The notes under the pieces were generated by a model. It saw only the letters and a list, made by a program, of their open reading frames with translations, was not told the DNA's origin and did not search any database. Positions 9,935 through 20,853 of a DNA stretch of 64,000 bases are shown here, one piece after another; the stretch's first letter is position 1; the number at the start of each line of letters is the position of its first letter. The stretch comes from Actinomycetota bacterium (GTDB lineage Bacteria > Actinomycetota > Actinomycetes > S36-B12 > FW305-bin1), in the NCBI GenBank assembly GCA_004297305.1, contig SCTR01000006.1, forward strand, positions 6,129 through 70,128, given 5' to 3'. The translations under genes and the position numbers were made by a program.

Positions 9935-10816
9935 TCAGGAGTGGCCCAGCTCGGCGGCCTCGGCACCCGGAGCGGCGTCGGGTGCGTCGCCGGGGCCGGG
10001 GCCGGGGCCCGGGTCGGGGTCGGCGTCGTCGGCGGCGGCGGCGGCGTCCAGGTCGACCAGGTCGTAGCCGCCCTCACCGGCGGGACGGACGTCGATCACC
10101 CGGACCTCCGCCTCGGCCTGCGAGTGGGCTCCGCAGCCGTACTCGAGTGAGACCACACCGCCGTCGGCCGGCGACAGCGGATGCGCGCAGACGCCGAAGG
10201 CCTGGCCGAACGGCCCGCCCACCGGCACCAGGAAGCCGCACGAACTGCAGTGCGCGGGCGCGGCCTTGGCCATGGGCGACTGCGGGCCACGGTCCCCGGA
10301 CTGCCACCGGTCGAACGCCTCCAGCCGTCCGATGCTGGACAGCACCCGCGGCCGGCCCAGGCCCAGCTCCCACTGCTCGGGACGCAGTGTGCTGTCGGCT
10401 GTCTCGCCTTCGGGGTCGTCCGCGCCGCTCCAGCCGGGCGCGAGCCGCAGGTCGTCCGGCGGACTCGGCAGGACGTCGCCGACCCCGAGGTCGCCCGGAC
10501 GCACCCGGTCGTGCCACGGCACCCACGGCGGCGCCAGGACGGCGCCGTCGCCCGGCAGCAGCACGACCTCGTCGACGGTCACCTTCTTGGCCCGGGAAGC
10601 GCGGGCCACGGTCACCGTCCAGACCCAGCCGCGGTAGCCCGGCGCCGACGACGCGAACCGGTGACTGCCCACCCGCTCGTCGTCGGCGACGAAGCCCAGG
10701 TGGTCGCCGACCGTGCCGGCCGGCGCGTCCAGCTCGGCCGCGGCCCGGGCAAGGTCGACCGCTGCGGCGCAGGTCGCGTCCGGCGTGGGCGGGCGGGCGG
10801 TACGTCGCACGGGCAT
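9935..10816 (-). CDS. DUF3027 domain-containing protein
   Basis: ATG 10816, 293 aa. Conserved Cys cluster HCSSCGF...GVCAHP...YGCGAHS and an acidic C-terminal tail. Position next to DUF2530/serC matches mycobacteria. The longer 425-aa ORF overlaps the divergent lipoprotein gene. Confidence 0.75.
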   Translation of the reverse strand: MPVRRTARPPTPDATCAAAVDLARAAAELDAPAGTVGDHLGFVADDERVGSHRFASSAPGYRGWVWTVTVARASRAKKVTVDEVVLLPGDGAVLAPPWVPWHDRVRPGDLGVGDVLPSPPDDLRLAPGWSGADDPEGETADSTLRPEQWELGLGRPRVLSSIGRLEAFDRWQSGDRGPQSPMAKAAPAHCSSCGFLVPVGGPFGQAFGVCAHPLSPADGGVVSLEYGCGAHSQAEAEVRVIDVRPAGEGGYDLVDLDAAAAADDADPDPGPGPGPGDAPDAAPGAEAAELGHS

Positions 10817-10907
10817 GGGGCGATTGTGTCGCACCCAGTCGGACCGACGCGGCCGGCCCGACTGGGCCGTCGGTACCCTGGCGGCCCATACCTCTCCTGG
10901 AGTGCAC

Positions 10908-11372
10908 ATGATCCGCGCGCGTCGCGCCCTCGTCATCGCTGTTGCCGCCGCCGCCGCGGCCCCGCTGCTGGCAGGCTGCGAGAAGCCCGCCCCCGGGGTG
11001 TCGGTGTGGTCCGGTACGACGAGCATCAACCGCGAGGCCCTCTGCTGGACGGCCGATGCCGCAGCGGCCAGCGCCACGTCGTGCGCAGAGGACGTCGTGC
11101 AGAAGGCCCTCAGCGGCGACCGCGTGCCCACCCTCAACGCCGTCGCCGGCTCGACGCTCGGCATCAGCGTCGACACCGTGGTCGCGAGCACCGGGTGGTA
11201 CCCGACGATCAACGGTCAGCGGCTCACCCAGGATGCGTTGCACGACACGTACTACCGGCTGACGTTCCCGCAGGCCGCGCAACGACAGAACTACACGCTG
11301 GCCGTCATCGCCGGGCAGGGGAGCACGACCAGGGGGCTGTGGGCGTTCAAGCTGGACGTCTCCGCCGGCTGA
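10908..11372 (+). CDS. lipoprotein (DUF2771-like)
   Basis: ATG 10908 after GGAG. Signal peptide [24 protein letters not shown] with a lipobox. 154 aa. Confidence 0.7.
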   Translation: MIRARRALVIAVAAAAAAPLLAGCEKPAPGVSVWSGTTSINREALCWTADAAAASATSCAEDVVQKALSGDRVPTLNAVAGSTLGISVDTVVASTGWYPTINGQRLTQDALHDTYYRLTFPQAAQRQNYTLAVIAGQGSTTRGLWAFKLDVSAG

Positions 11373-11421
11373 GAGGTCCAGCGGAGGCCGTACGGCGTGC
11401 CGCCGGGGCAGCGACGAACGC

Positions 11422-11523
11422 GACGGCGCCGTAGCCGGCCGGGCCAGCCGCCGGCCGGGTCAGCCGCCGGCCGGGTCAGACGGCGCCGTAGCCGGCCGGG
11501 CCAGCCGTCGACCGGGTCAGACG
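11422..11523 (-). repeat. degenerate tandem repeats downstream of the csp gene that re-use its stop-codon region
   Basis: gacggcgccgtagccggccgggccagccg occurs twice (11422 and 11480). ccgggtcag occurs at 11454, 11471 and 11512. The last copy is the real stop (tcagacgtcgat = ..IDV*), and the copy at 11471 also carries tcagacg. Confidence 0.7.
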
Positions 11524-11912
11524 TCGATGTCGTCGGCGACCGCCCGCAACACGCTGGCGACCTTGTGCGCGTGCTTGTCGTCGGGGTAGCGCCCGCGCCG
11601 CAGCTGGTTGGACAGGCCATCGAGGAGCTTGATCAGGTCCTCGACGATCACCGCCATGTCGTCGGCCGGCTTCCGATGGGACCGGGCCACGGCCTTGGCC
11701 ACCGAGGGCGCCGGTTCCAGCACGGTCACCGACAGCGCCTGCTTGCCACGCTTGCCGTCCACCACGCCGAACTCGATCCGGGTCCCCGGAGTGAGGGAAG
11801 CAACGCCCGCGGGCAACGTCGACGCGTGGACGAACACGTCGGCACCGTCGTCGGCCGTCACGAAGCCGAAACCCTTCTCCGCGTCGTACCACTTGACCTT
11901 GCCGGTAGGCAC
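11517..11912 (-). CDS. cold-shock domain protein (long CspB-like form with C-terminal extension)
   Basis: GTG 11912 gives VPTGKVKWYDAEKGFGFV (RNP1 motif) and ADVFVHAS (RNP2). About 131 aa, like mycobacterial CspB. Confidence 0.88.
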   Translation of the reverse strand: MPTGKVKWYDAEKGFGFVTADDGADVFVHASTLPAGVASLTPGTRIEFGVVDGKRGKQALSVTVLEPAPSVAKAVARSHRKPADDMAVIVEDLIKLLDGLSNQLRRGRYPDDKHAHKVASVLRAVADDIDV

Positions 11913-12055
11913 GGCAGTCGACCTCACTCGCACACTCGGGGAGACGGACGCAGCGACGCACGCGCTGTCCGCGGGGAACGTCCAGGCTACTTGCTCGGGC
12001 GCGGCTCCCCCAACGCCATTCCTGGCACTGACCGCCGCCGGACTACCCTGCGGTC

Positions 12056-12346
12056 GTGACTCCCGCAGGACTCGGTACGGCGAACCCGACCCCTGGCACG
12101 ACGGCCGCCGATCGGCTGCTGCGACTCGGGCTGGCGGTGACCGTCGTCGGACTGTGCTGCACCCTCGTGGCCTGCCTGCCGCTCATCGTGACGACGTGGA
12201 CGCTGCCGAGCGTCTGGTGGGCGCTGTCGATGCTGACCGGGGTAGGGCTCGTGCTCGTCGCCGTCGGGCTCGTCGTCGCCGCACGCGCCCGGGCTCGTCG
12301 GCTTGCCGCGGTCCAGCAGCGCCTCGCCGGCCACCCGGATCGCTGA
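12056..12346 (+). CDS. small hypothetical membrane protein
   Basis: 96-aa ORF (GTG start) with three hydrophobic helices and a basic C-terminal tail. High GC3. Confidence 0.55.
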   Translation: MTPAGLGTANPTPGTTAADRLLRLGLAVTVVGLCCTLVACLPLIVTTWTLPSVWWALSMLTGVGLVLVAVGLVVAARARARRLAAVQQRLAGHPDR

Positions 12347-12413
12347 CCCGCGCTCCGATTACGCCGATGCCACTGCGGGTCGCCCCGTCCCCGCCGACAG
12401 CACACGCCCGCCG

Positions 12414-14774
12414 ATGACACCGCCGCCCCCGACCGCCAGCCCGGACGTCGCCGACGGGCGCCCCCGCAGCCTGACCGACGAACTGCGCGCCCGCAGCGAC
12501 GCGGACCTGGCCGAGCTCCTGCGGCACCGCCCGGACCTCGCCCATCCCGTGCCGGCCGACCTTGCCGCGCTGGCGACGCGCGCCGCCACCGTGACGTCGG
12601 TGGGCCGGGCCCTGGACACCCTCGACCGGTTGAGCTGGCAGGTGCTCGAGGTACTCGCCGTGCTGCCGGAGCCGGTATCGCAGGAAGCGGTCCGCGCTGC
12701 GGTCGGGGTACCCGATGCCGACGGGGCCGTCTCCGAACGGCTGGGCCTGCTCGGCGAGCTCGCCCTGCTGTGGGGTGCGGCGGACGACCTGCACCTGGTG
12801 CGGGCCGTCCGCGACGCCCTCGGCCCGTACCCGTGCGGGCTCGGGCCCGCGCTGGCCGACAGCCACGTGCGGATCCGCCGGTACGCCGCCGACCCGCAGC
12901 TGCTGGCAGCGGAGCTGGCCGCCGCGCCGCCGGCCGCCGTCGAAGTCCTCGATCACCTGCGATGGGGGCCGCCGGTGGGCCGGCTCGCCGACGCCGACCG
13001 GACAGTCACCGAAGGCAGCGCCCGGACGCCGGTGGAATGGCTGCTGGCCCGGGAACTCCTCGTGGCCCAAGGCCCGGACTCCGTCGCGCTGCCCCGCGAG
13101 GTCGCGCTGCACTTGCGCGACGGCGCGCTGCTGGCGGACGTGGCCTGGCCGCCGCCGTCGACCGCGGGGCCGACCCGCGATCCCCAGCTGGTCGACCGGA
13201 CCGCCGGCGCCCACGCGCTGACCGCAGTCCGCCTGCTGGGCCGGCTGCTGGACGCCTGGGCGGTCGAGCCGCCGGGCCTGCTGCGGTCTGGCGGCCTCGC
13301 CGTACGGGACCTGCAGGCGGCGGCCCGGCTGCTGGACACCGATCCCACCACCGCGGCGCTCCTTATCGAACTGGGCTACGTCGCCGGGCTGCTCGCCTCC
13401 GACGACGAGGCGGATCCGGTCTGGTTGCCGACACCGGCGTACGACGTGTGGTCGGCCGCAGAACCGGGAACGCGCTGGGCGTTGCTGGTCCGAGCGTGGT
13501 CGGTGACCACGCGGGCGCCGGGACTCGTCGGGCTCAAGACCGAGCGCGACGGCCGCATCAACGCGCTGGTGCCCGACACGATCCGTCCCGCCGCGCCCTG
13601 GCTGCGCCGCTGGATGCTCGGCGTCCTGGCCGCCGGCGCGCCCGGTGAGGGGATCACGCCGGACCGGCTGCTGGCCGCACTGGAATGGACCCGGCCGCGG
13701 CTGGCCGGTCCGGCGCAGGCCGACCTCGTCCGCTGGTCACTGCGGGAGGCCGAACTGCTGGGAGTGACCGGATTGGGCGCGCTGGGCACGGCCGGCCGAG
13801 CCCTGCTGGCCGATGCCGGCGTCGCCGAGCTGGCCGCCACGGTCAGCGCGCTGATGCCGGCACCGGTGGATCACATTGTGCTGCAAGCGGATCTGACCGC
13901 GATCGCGCCGGGCCCACTGGAAGCCGGCTTGGCGCGCCAGTTGGATCTCGTCGCCGACGTCGAGTCGACCGGCGGCGCCACCGTCTACCGCTTCAGCGAG
14001 ACGTCGATACGCCGCGCCCTCGACGCCGGGCAGGACGGCGCCACCATCCTCGAGTCGTTGGCACGAAACTCGAAGACCCCTGTGCCGCAGCCGTTGTCCT
14101 ACCTGGTCACCGACGTCGCCCGACGCCACGGCGCGGTGCGGGTGGGCATCGCGTCGGCGTACCTGCGGGCCGAGGACGAGGAGCTGATCCAGGCGGTGCT
14201 GGCGTCGCGGAGCCTGGCCGGCCTCGGCCTCGTCCGGCTCGCCCCCACCGCCGTGGCCTGCCGTGCCCCGGTCGACGAGGTGCTCGACTCGCTGCGGGCG
14301 GCCGGCTTCGCACCGGTGGCGGAAGCACCGGACGGTCGGATGGTGCTGCGGCGCAAGGATTCCCGCCGTACCGCGCCGGTACCGCCACCACCGGTGTTGC
14401 GCGGCGAGCCGCCGGCGCCCGACGACGTGTGGCTCGCCGGCGCGGTCCGCGCGCTGCGCGCCGGCGACCGGGCGACTGCGGTCGGCCGCCGGGCGCGCCG
14501 GGCTCCGGCGACCTCGCCGCAGCGGCTACCCCGGTCCGACCCGGCCGCGACCATGGCCGCGCTGCGCACCGCGCTGGCGGCCGGATCGGCGGTCTGGATC
14601 GGCTACGCCGACACCGCCGGCGCGACGATCGAACGGGTCATCGACCCGGTGCGGCTGCAGGGTGGTGTGGTCACGGCGTACGACCACCGGACCGAATCGC
14701 TGCGCGACTTCGCGGTGTCCCGCATCACCGGACTGCTGGCGGTCGACCACGCGGACGCCGCCGAACCTGACTGA
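12414..14774 (+). CDS. XPB-associated helicase C-terminal-domain (Helicase_C_3-like) protein
   Basis: About 786 aa from ATG 12414, which avoids overlap with the upstream gene. Large Ala/Leu/Arg-rich protein of the type conserved next to actinobacterial XPB/ERCC3. No Walker motifs seen. Confidence 0.7.
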   Translation: MTPPPPTASPDVADGRPRSLTDELRARSDADLAELLRHRPDLAHPVPADLAALATRAATVTSVGRALDTLDRLSWQVLEVLAVLPEPVSQEAVRAAVGVPDADGAVSERLGLLGELALLWGAADDLHLVRAVRDALGPYPCGLGPALADSHVRIRRYAADPQLLAAELAAAPPAAVEVLDHLRWGPPVGRLADADRTVTEGSARTPVEWLLARELLVAQGPDSVALPREVALHLRDGALLADVAWPPPSTAGPTRDPQLVDRTAGAHALTAVRLLGRLLDAWAVEPPGLLRSGGLAVRDLQAAARLLDTDPTTAALLIELGYVAGLLASDDEADPVWLPTPAYDVWSAAEPGTRWALLVRAWSVTTRAPGLVGLKTERDGRINALVPDTIRPAAPWLRRWMLGVLAAGAPGEGITPDRLLAALEWTRPRLAGPAQADLVRWSLREAELLGVTGLGALGTAGRALLADAGVAELAATVSALMPAPVDHIVLQADLTAIAPGPLEAGLARQLDLVADVESTGGATVYRFSETSIRRALDAGQDGATILESLARNSKTPVPQPLSYLVTDVARRHGAVRVGIASAYLRAEDEELIQAVLASRSLAGLGLVRLAPTAVACRAPVDEVLDSLRAAGFAPVAEAPDGRMVLRRKDSRRTAPVPPPPVLRGEPPAPDDVWLAGAVRALRAGDRATAVGRRARRAPATSPQRLPRSDPAATMAALRTALAAGSAVWIGYADTAGATIERVIDPVRLQGGVVTAYDHRTESLRDFAVSRITGLLAVDHADAAEPD

Positions 14775-14802
14775 GTCGCCGGGCGACCCGACTCCGGCTA
14801 AG

Positions 14803-15918
14803 TCAGGGACGCAACTGCTCTTCGTGCCAGCGCGTCGCGGTCATCAGCAGGTCAGGCTCCGGATGGACGGCCGCACCGACGGTATGCGGGATCCGCAGCA
14901 CGCCATCGGGAGGTTCGTCCCGCACCGTGACGTCCGAGGCGAAGACCATGCTGCCCTGGCAGATCTCGCTGGCCGTGCAACCAGGCAACCCCGACAACAC
15001 CAGGGCCGCCGAACGCCCGATCCCCGACTGCAGCATGTCGTTGACCACGAACGGGATCCCCGCCTGCACGCAGAGGTCGTGAACCTCCACGGCGTGTCCG
15101 ATCCCACCGACGCCGCTCGGCTTCGCCGAGATCTTGTCGGCCGCGCCGAGGGCGATGACCGAGCGCACCGTGCCCAGACTGCGCACCGACTCATCGAGCA
15201 TCACCGGGGTCTGCATCCGTTTCGCCAGGGCGGCATGGGCGGTGAGTTCGTCCGCCGCGAACGGTTGCTCGACGTGCTCGAGGCCGAAACTGTCGAGCGC
15301 CGCAACCGTGTCGATCGCCTCCGGTGGGTAGGCCCCCCAGGCGTCCACCGACAGGGTCAGATCCGGCCAGGCGCTGCGGACGGCGGCGACCGGAACGAGA
15401 TCCCAGCCCGGCCGGATGGCGATACGGATGCTGCGGTACCCGGCGTCCACGAACCTGGCCACGGTCTGCAGGACGCCGTCGACCTGCCCATCGGCCGGCA
15501 GCGAGACGGTGGCCTTGCCCACTCCCCGAGTCGCCACGACGCCGAGGTGCGCGGCCAGCGATTGACCCTGCCGCCGCAGTTCGGCGTCCAGGACAGCCTG
15601 TTGCAGGGCGCCTCTCGCGCGGGGATGCGCGGGGAACACCGCGGTCGCCGCCGCCAACGACGTCGCGGTGACCGTGTCGCCTACCGACCACAACACCGGC
15701 AGCATGAAGCTGCGCAGCACGTCGATGACACCGTCGGTGTATTCGTGGTTGGAGAACGGCGCCATCGGTGCGGCGGCCTCACCCCACCCCTCCACGCCGT
15801 CAGAGCACCGCAGCCGGAGCAGGACGGTGTCCCGCTCGTACCACGTCGCGGTGGGCAGCCGGAGCGGTTCGCGGAATGGCAGCGAAACGCGGAAGAGCTC
15901 GACGGCCTCCACGCGCAT
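14803..15918 (-). CDS. enolase-superfamily enzyme (o-succinylbenzoate synthase / N-acylamino-acid racemase-like)
   Basis: 371 aa. N-terminal capping domain (VELFRVSLPF...VEGWGEAAAP) and a barrel with acid residues in DAWGAY, EQPF and MLDES. Confidence 0.78.
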   Translation of the reverse strand: MRVEAVELFRVSLPFREPLRLPTATWYERDTVLLRLRCSDGVEGWGEAAAPMAPFSNHEYTDGVIDVLRSFMLPVLWSVGDTVTATSLAAATAVFPAHPRARGALQQAVLDAELRRQGQSLAAHLGVVATRGVGKATVSLPADGQVDGVLQTVARFVDAGYRSIRIAIRPGWDLVPVAAVRSAWPDLTLSVDAWGAYPPEAIDTVAALDSFGLEHVEQPFAADELTAHAALAKRMQTPVMLDESVRSLGTVRSVIALGAADKISAKPSGVGGIGHAVEVHDLCVQAGIPFVVNDMLQSGIGRSAALVLSGLPGCTASEICQGSMVFASDVTVRDEPPDGVLRIPHTVGAAVHPEPDLLMTATRWHEEQLRP

Positions 15919-15953
15919 GACGTCAATCTATCCACGTCGGCGACAATGACGCG

Positions 15954-17609
15954 GTGACCGACGGCCCATTGATCGTCCAGAGCGACAAGACCCTGCTGCT
16001 GGAGGTCGATCACGATCGCGCCGACGACTGCCGCCGCGCGATAGCCCCCTTCGCCGAGCTGGAACGCGCTCCCGAGCACGTCCACACCTATCGGCTCACT
16101 CCCCTCGGGCTGTGGAACGCCCGGGCGGCCGGCCACGACGCCGAGCAGGTCATCGATGTCCTGCTGTCCTACAGCCGGTATCCGGTCGCCCACGCCGTCC
16201 TCGTCGACGTCGCCGAGACCATGGACCGCTACGGCCGGCTCCGGTTGGTGAACCATCCCAGCCACGGCCTGCTGCTGCAGACCACCGATCGCGCGGTCCT
16301 CGAAGAGGTGCTCCGCAGCGCCAAGATCACCCCCCTGGTGGGTGCGCGTATCGACTCCGACGCCGTCGTGGTCCATCCCAGCGAACGCGGCCATCTCAAG
16401 CAGGTGCTGCTGCGGCTGGGCTGGCCGGCCGAGGACCTCGCCGGCTACGTCGACGGCGAAGCGCACCCGATCTCGCTGGCCGAGTCCGGCTGGTCGCTGC
16501 GGCCGTATCAACAGGAGGCGGCCGAGAACTTCTGGCACGGCGGTTCCGGCGTCGTCGTACTGCCCTGCGGCGCCGGCAAGACCATCGTCGGGGCGGCCGC
16601 CATGGCGAGGGCCCAGGCCACCACGCTGATCCTGGTCACCAACACGGTGTCAGCGCGGCAGTGGCGTTCAGAACTGTTGCGCCGTACCACCCTGACCGAC
16701 GACGAGATCGGGGAGTATTCGGGCTCCCGCAAGCAGTTGCGCCCGGTCACCATCGCGACGTACCAGGTGATGACCACGCGCCGCAAGGGCGTGTACCAGC
16801 ACCTCGAGGTCTTCGACGCCCGCGACTGGGGTCTGATCATCTACGACGAGGTCCACCTCCTCCCGGCGCCGATCTTCCGTTTCACCGCGGACATCCAGGC
16901 GCGGCGGCGACTCGGCCTCACCGCCACCCTGATCCGTGAGGACGGCCACGAGGCGGAGGTCTTCAGCCTGATCGGTCCCAAGCGGTACGACGCACCCTGG
17001 CGGGAGATCGAGGCGCAGGGCTGGATCGCCCCGGCGGACTGCGTCGAAGTCCGGGTCACCCTTCCTGGACCCGACCGGATCGCCTACGCCACAGCCGAAC
17101 CGGAGGATCGATACCGGCTGGCTGCCGCCAACCCGGTCAAGATCCCGGTGGTGACCGACCTGGTCGATCAGCATCGCGGCGAACAGATCCTGGTCATCGG
17201 CCAGTACCTGGACCAACTGGCCGATCTCGGTACGGCGCTGGGGGCGCCCGTGGTGACCGGAGAAACCACGGTGCGGGAGCGAGAACGGCTCTTCGAAGCG
17301 TTCCGCTCCGGCGAGGTGACGACACTGATCGTGTCGAAGGTCGCCAACTTCTCGCTCGATCTCCCCGACGCCACCGTGGCGATCCAGGTCTCCGGCTCAT
17401 TCGGGTCGCGGCAGGAGGAGGCCCAGCGACTCGGCCGGATCCTGCGGCCGAAGTCCGACGGGCGGACGGCCCGCTTCTACACGGTGGTCGCCCGCGACAC
17501 CGTGGACGCGGAGTTCGCCGCGCACCGGCAGCGGTTCCTCACCGAACAGGGCTACGCCTACCGGATCGTCGACGCCGGCGACCTCGGCGTCGAGGACTCG
17601 CCGAACTAG
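15954..17609 (+). CDS. xpb: DNA repair helicase XPB/ERCC3 family (SF2, 3'-5')
   Basis: 551 aa with an N-terminal damage-recognition-like domain. Walker A VLPCGAGKT, DEVH box IIYDEVHLLP, and helicase C motifs (TLIVSKVANFSLDLP, QVSGSFGSRQEEAQRLGR). Confidence 0.92.
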   Translation: MTDGPLIVQSDKTLLLEVDHDRADDCRRAIAPFAELERAPEHVHTYRLTPLGLWNARAAGHDAEQVIDVLLSYSRYPVAHAVLVDVAETMDRYGRLRLVNHPSHGLLLQTTDRAVLEEVLRSAKITPLVGARIDSDAVVVHPSERGHLKQVLLRLGWPAEDLAGYVDGEAHPISLAESGWSLRPYQQEAAENFWHGGSGVVVLPCGAGKTIVGAAAMARAQATTLILVTNTVSARQWRSELLRRTTLTDDEIGEYSGSRKQLRPVTIATYQVMTTRRKGVYQHLEVFDARDWGLIIYDEVHLLPAPIFRFTADIQARRRLGLTATLIREDGHEAEVFSLIGPKRYDAPWREIEAQGWIAPADCVEVRVTLPGPDRIAYATAEPEDRYRLAAANPVKIPVVTDLVDQHRGEQILVIGQYLDQLADLGTALGAPVVTGETTVRERERLFEAFRSGEVTTLIVSKVANFSLDLPDATVAIQVSGSFGSRQEEAQRLGRILRPKSDGRTARFYTVVARDTVDAEFAAHRQRFLTEQGYAYRIVDAGDLGVEDSPN

Positions 17610-17654
17610 CAACCGCCCGGGGACGGCACGAACCGTGCCGCCCCCGGGCGGTTG
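17610..17654. terminator. long perfect hairpin between convergent genes (bidirectional terminator candidate)
   Basis: caaccgcccgggg-a-cggcacg-aac-cgtgccg-c-ccccgggcggttg lies immediately after the xpb stop and 5 nt before the echA stop. Confidence 0.65.
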
Positions 17655-17658
17655 ACGA

Positions 17659-18438
17659 TCACGTCGCCGAGAACTGTGCGGCGCGGCCTTCCACCCGAGC
17701 GGCGAAACCCTCCTGCGTATCGGGAAGGGTGAACAGGTGCAGGTGACGCTCGCTCTCCAGCAGGATGAACGAGTCGAAATCACGACGCTCCGCTTCCACG
17801 AAGTTCGACTTCATCGTGGTCAGCGCGAACGGTGCGGCGGCCGCCAGCCGGGCGATGACCGCCTCGACCTCCTCGGCGAAGACGGCGTCGTCGAAGACCC
17901 GCGCGACCAGCCCGAGTCGCAGCGCCTCGTCGGCGTCGAACTTGCCCGGCATCATGCACAACTCGCGAGCGCGACCTGCCCCGATCAGCCGGGGCAGCGA
18001 CCACGGCAGGCCCATGTCGCCGGCCACCGCGACGTCGAGGAAAGCGGTATTGAACTTCGCGCGCCGGGTGGCAAGCCGCAGGTCACACGCTGCCGCCCAG
18101 CCCAGGCCCGCTCCTGCGCACGCCCCGTTGATCGCTGCGACCGTCACCTGCGGCATGTGGTGCAGCAGCGTCGTGACGAGGAAGTCGTCTGGTTCCAAGC
18201 GGTCGCCGAGCTCGTCGCCGGCGGCGACGGCCTTCATGTCCGCACCGGGACAGAACATGGAGCCGGCCCCGGTCAGTACCAGCACCCGGACATCGGACCG
18301 CTCGGCGACGGTCTGCAGGGCCGCCTTGACCTCGCGGACCATCGTCCGCGACATCGTGTTCAACCGGTCCGGTCGATTCAGCGTCAGCCTCGCCACCGGC
18401 GCTTCCACCGACAGAATCAGCGTCGAATACTCCGCCAT
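17659..18438 (-). CDS. enoyl-CoA hydratase/isomerase (crotonase) family protein
   Basis: ATG 18438 (MAEYSTLILSVEAPVARLTLNRP), 259 aa. Crotonase motifs LTGAGSMFCPGADM and AAINGACAGAGLG. The upstream 68 codons of the ORF are rejected. Confidence 0.85.
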   Translation of the reverse strand: MAEYSTLILSVEAPVARLTLNRPDRLNTMSRTMVREVKAALQTVAERSDVRVLVLTGAGSMFCPGADMKAVAAGDELGDRLEPDDFLVTTLLHHMPQVTVAAINGACAGAGLGWAAACDLRLATRRAKFNTAFLDVAVAGDMGLPWSLPRLIGAGRARELCMMPGKFDADEALRLGLVARVFDDAVFAEEVEAVIARLAAAAPFALTTMKSNFVEAERRDFDSFILLESERHLHLFTLPDTQEGFAARVEGRAAQFSAT

Positions 18439-18623
18439 GCTCACCGCACCTCGCTTGCGTCGCGACGACCCTCGCCGACAGTGACGGCGAAGCCAACAGG
18501 CCGGGGCCGCAGTCCGGCCCGGCACCGCGACAGTACCGCGCGGCACAGCCGAACCCTTCGGCCCCACCCGGCGAACAGAACGCCATGGCACCACCGCCGC
18601 GGCCACCGAGAATGACGCGGCCA

Positions 18624-18743
18624 GAAAGTGCCGTGGCCACACGAAATGCAGTGAGCACAGGAAATTCAGCGCACGGGAAATGCAGCGACCTCGGAAATGC
18701 AGCGACCTCGGAAATGCCGTGGGGCGGTGGCCCGGGAAATCCA
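18624..18743. repeat. periodic array of seven GGAAATGCAG-like motifs (16-25 nt spacing)
   Basis: GAAA(T/G)(T/G)C motif starts at 18624, 18643, 18661, 18677, 18694, 18711 and 18736. Two exact 17-bp units are ggaaatgcagcgacctc. The patch is unusually AT-rich for this genome. Confidence 0.75.
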
Positions 18744-18755
18744 GGCCACCGCCCC
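18721..18755 (-). terminator. strong GC hairpin, candidate groEL2 terminator
   Basis: ggggcggtggcc-(11 nt loop)-ggccaccgcccc, a perfect 12-bp stem about 285 nt downstream of the groEL stop on the minus strand. No U-tract. Confidence 0.5.
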
Positions 18756-18780
18756 AGGCGGTGTTCGTCGTACGACGGAC

Positions 18781-19039
18781 TCAGCGTTCGCTGCGGACCT
18801 CGTCGTCCTGACTCACGTCGGCAGACCCCCGCTCACACCAGGGGCCTGTCTCCGCTCGCTCGTCCTCAGAAGTCGCCACTCGGGACTCCCTCGTCCTCAC
18901 TCACTTCGGCAGACCCCGGCTTACGCGGGGGCCTACCTCCGCTCGCTCGTCCTCAGAAGTCGCCACTCGGGACTCCCTCGTCCTCACTCACTTCGGCAGA
19001 CCCCGGCTTACGCGGGGGCCTACCTCCGCTCGCTCGTCC

Positions 19040-19042
<3 letters not shown>
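18781..19042 (-). repeat. 87-bp tandem repeat (2 near-identical units plus 1 diverged unit) abutting and including the groEL2 stop codon
   Basis: Units begin with tcagaagtc at 18866 and 18953, and the real gene end is at 19040 (period exactly 87). A diverged unit begins at 18781. Confidence 0.9.
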
Positions 19043-20701
<1,659 letters not shown>

Positions 20702-20818
20702 TCACCGGGCGGCGCCCGCGACGGACGACCCGTCGACCGCGGCATCCCTGCCGCTGCGGTCCCCGGGCCTCGCCGGCCGGTGCGAACTGTGCTCGGACGC
20801 CAGGCGACCGAAGCATGG

Positions 20819-20845
20819 TTGTCACTCGGACCTGCCGAGTGCTAA
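20819..20845. promoter_or_regulatory. CIRCE operator (HrcA binding site), copy 1
   Basis: TTGTCACTC-N9-GAGTGCTAA versus consensus TTAGCACTC-N9-GAGTGCTAA. About 150 nt upstream of the groEL start. Confidence 0.8.
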
Positions 20846-20853
20846 CGACATGA

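Noticed and set aside
9842-9935. Short direct repeat gggcctgagcggcg x2 between DUF2530 and DUF3027 genes
   Set aside because: There are only two short copies in a convergent spacer. This is insufficient to call anything beyond simple slippage or terminator-region sequence.
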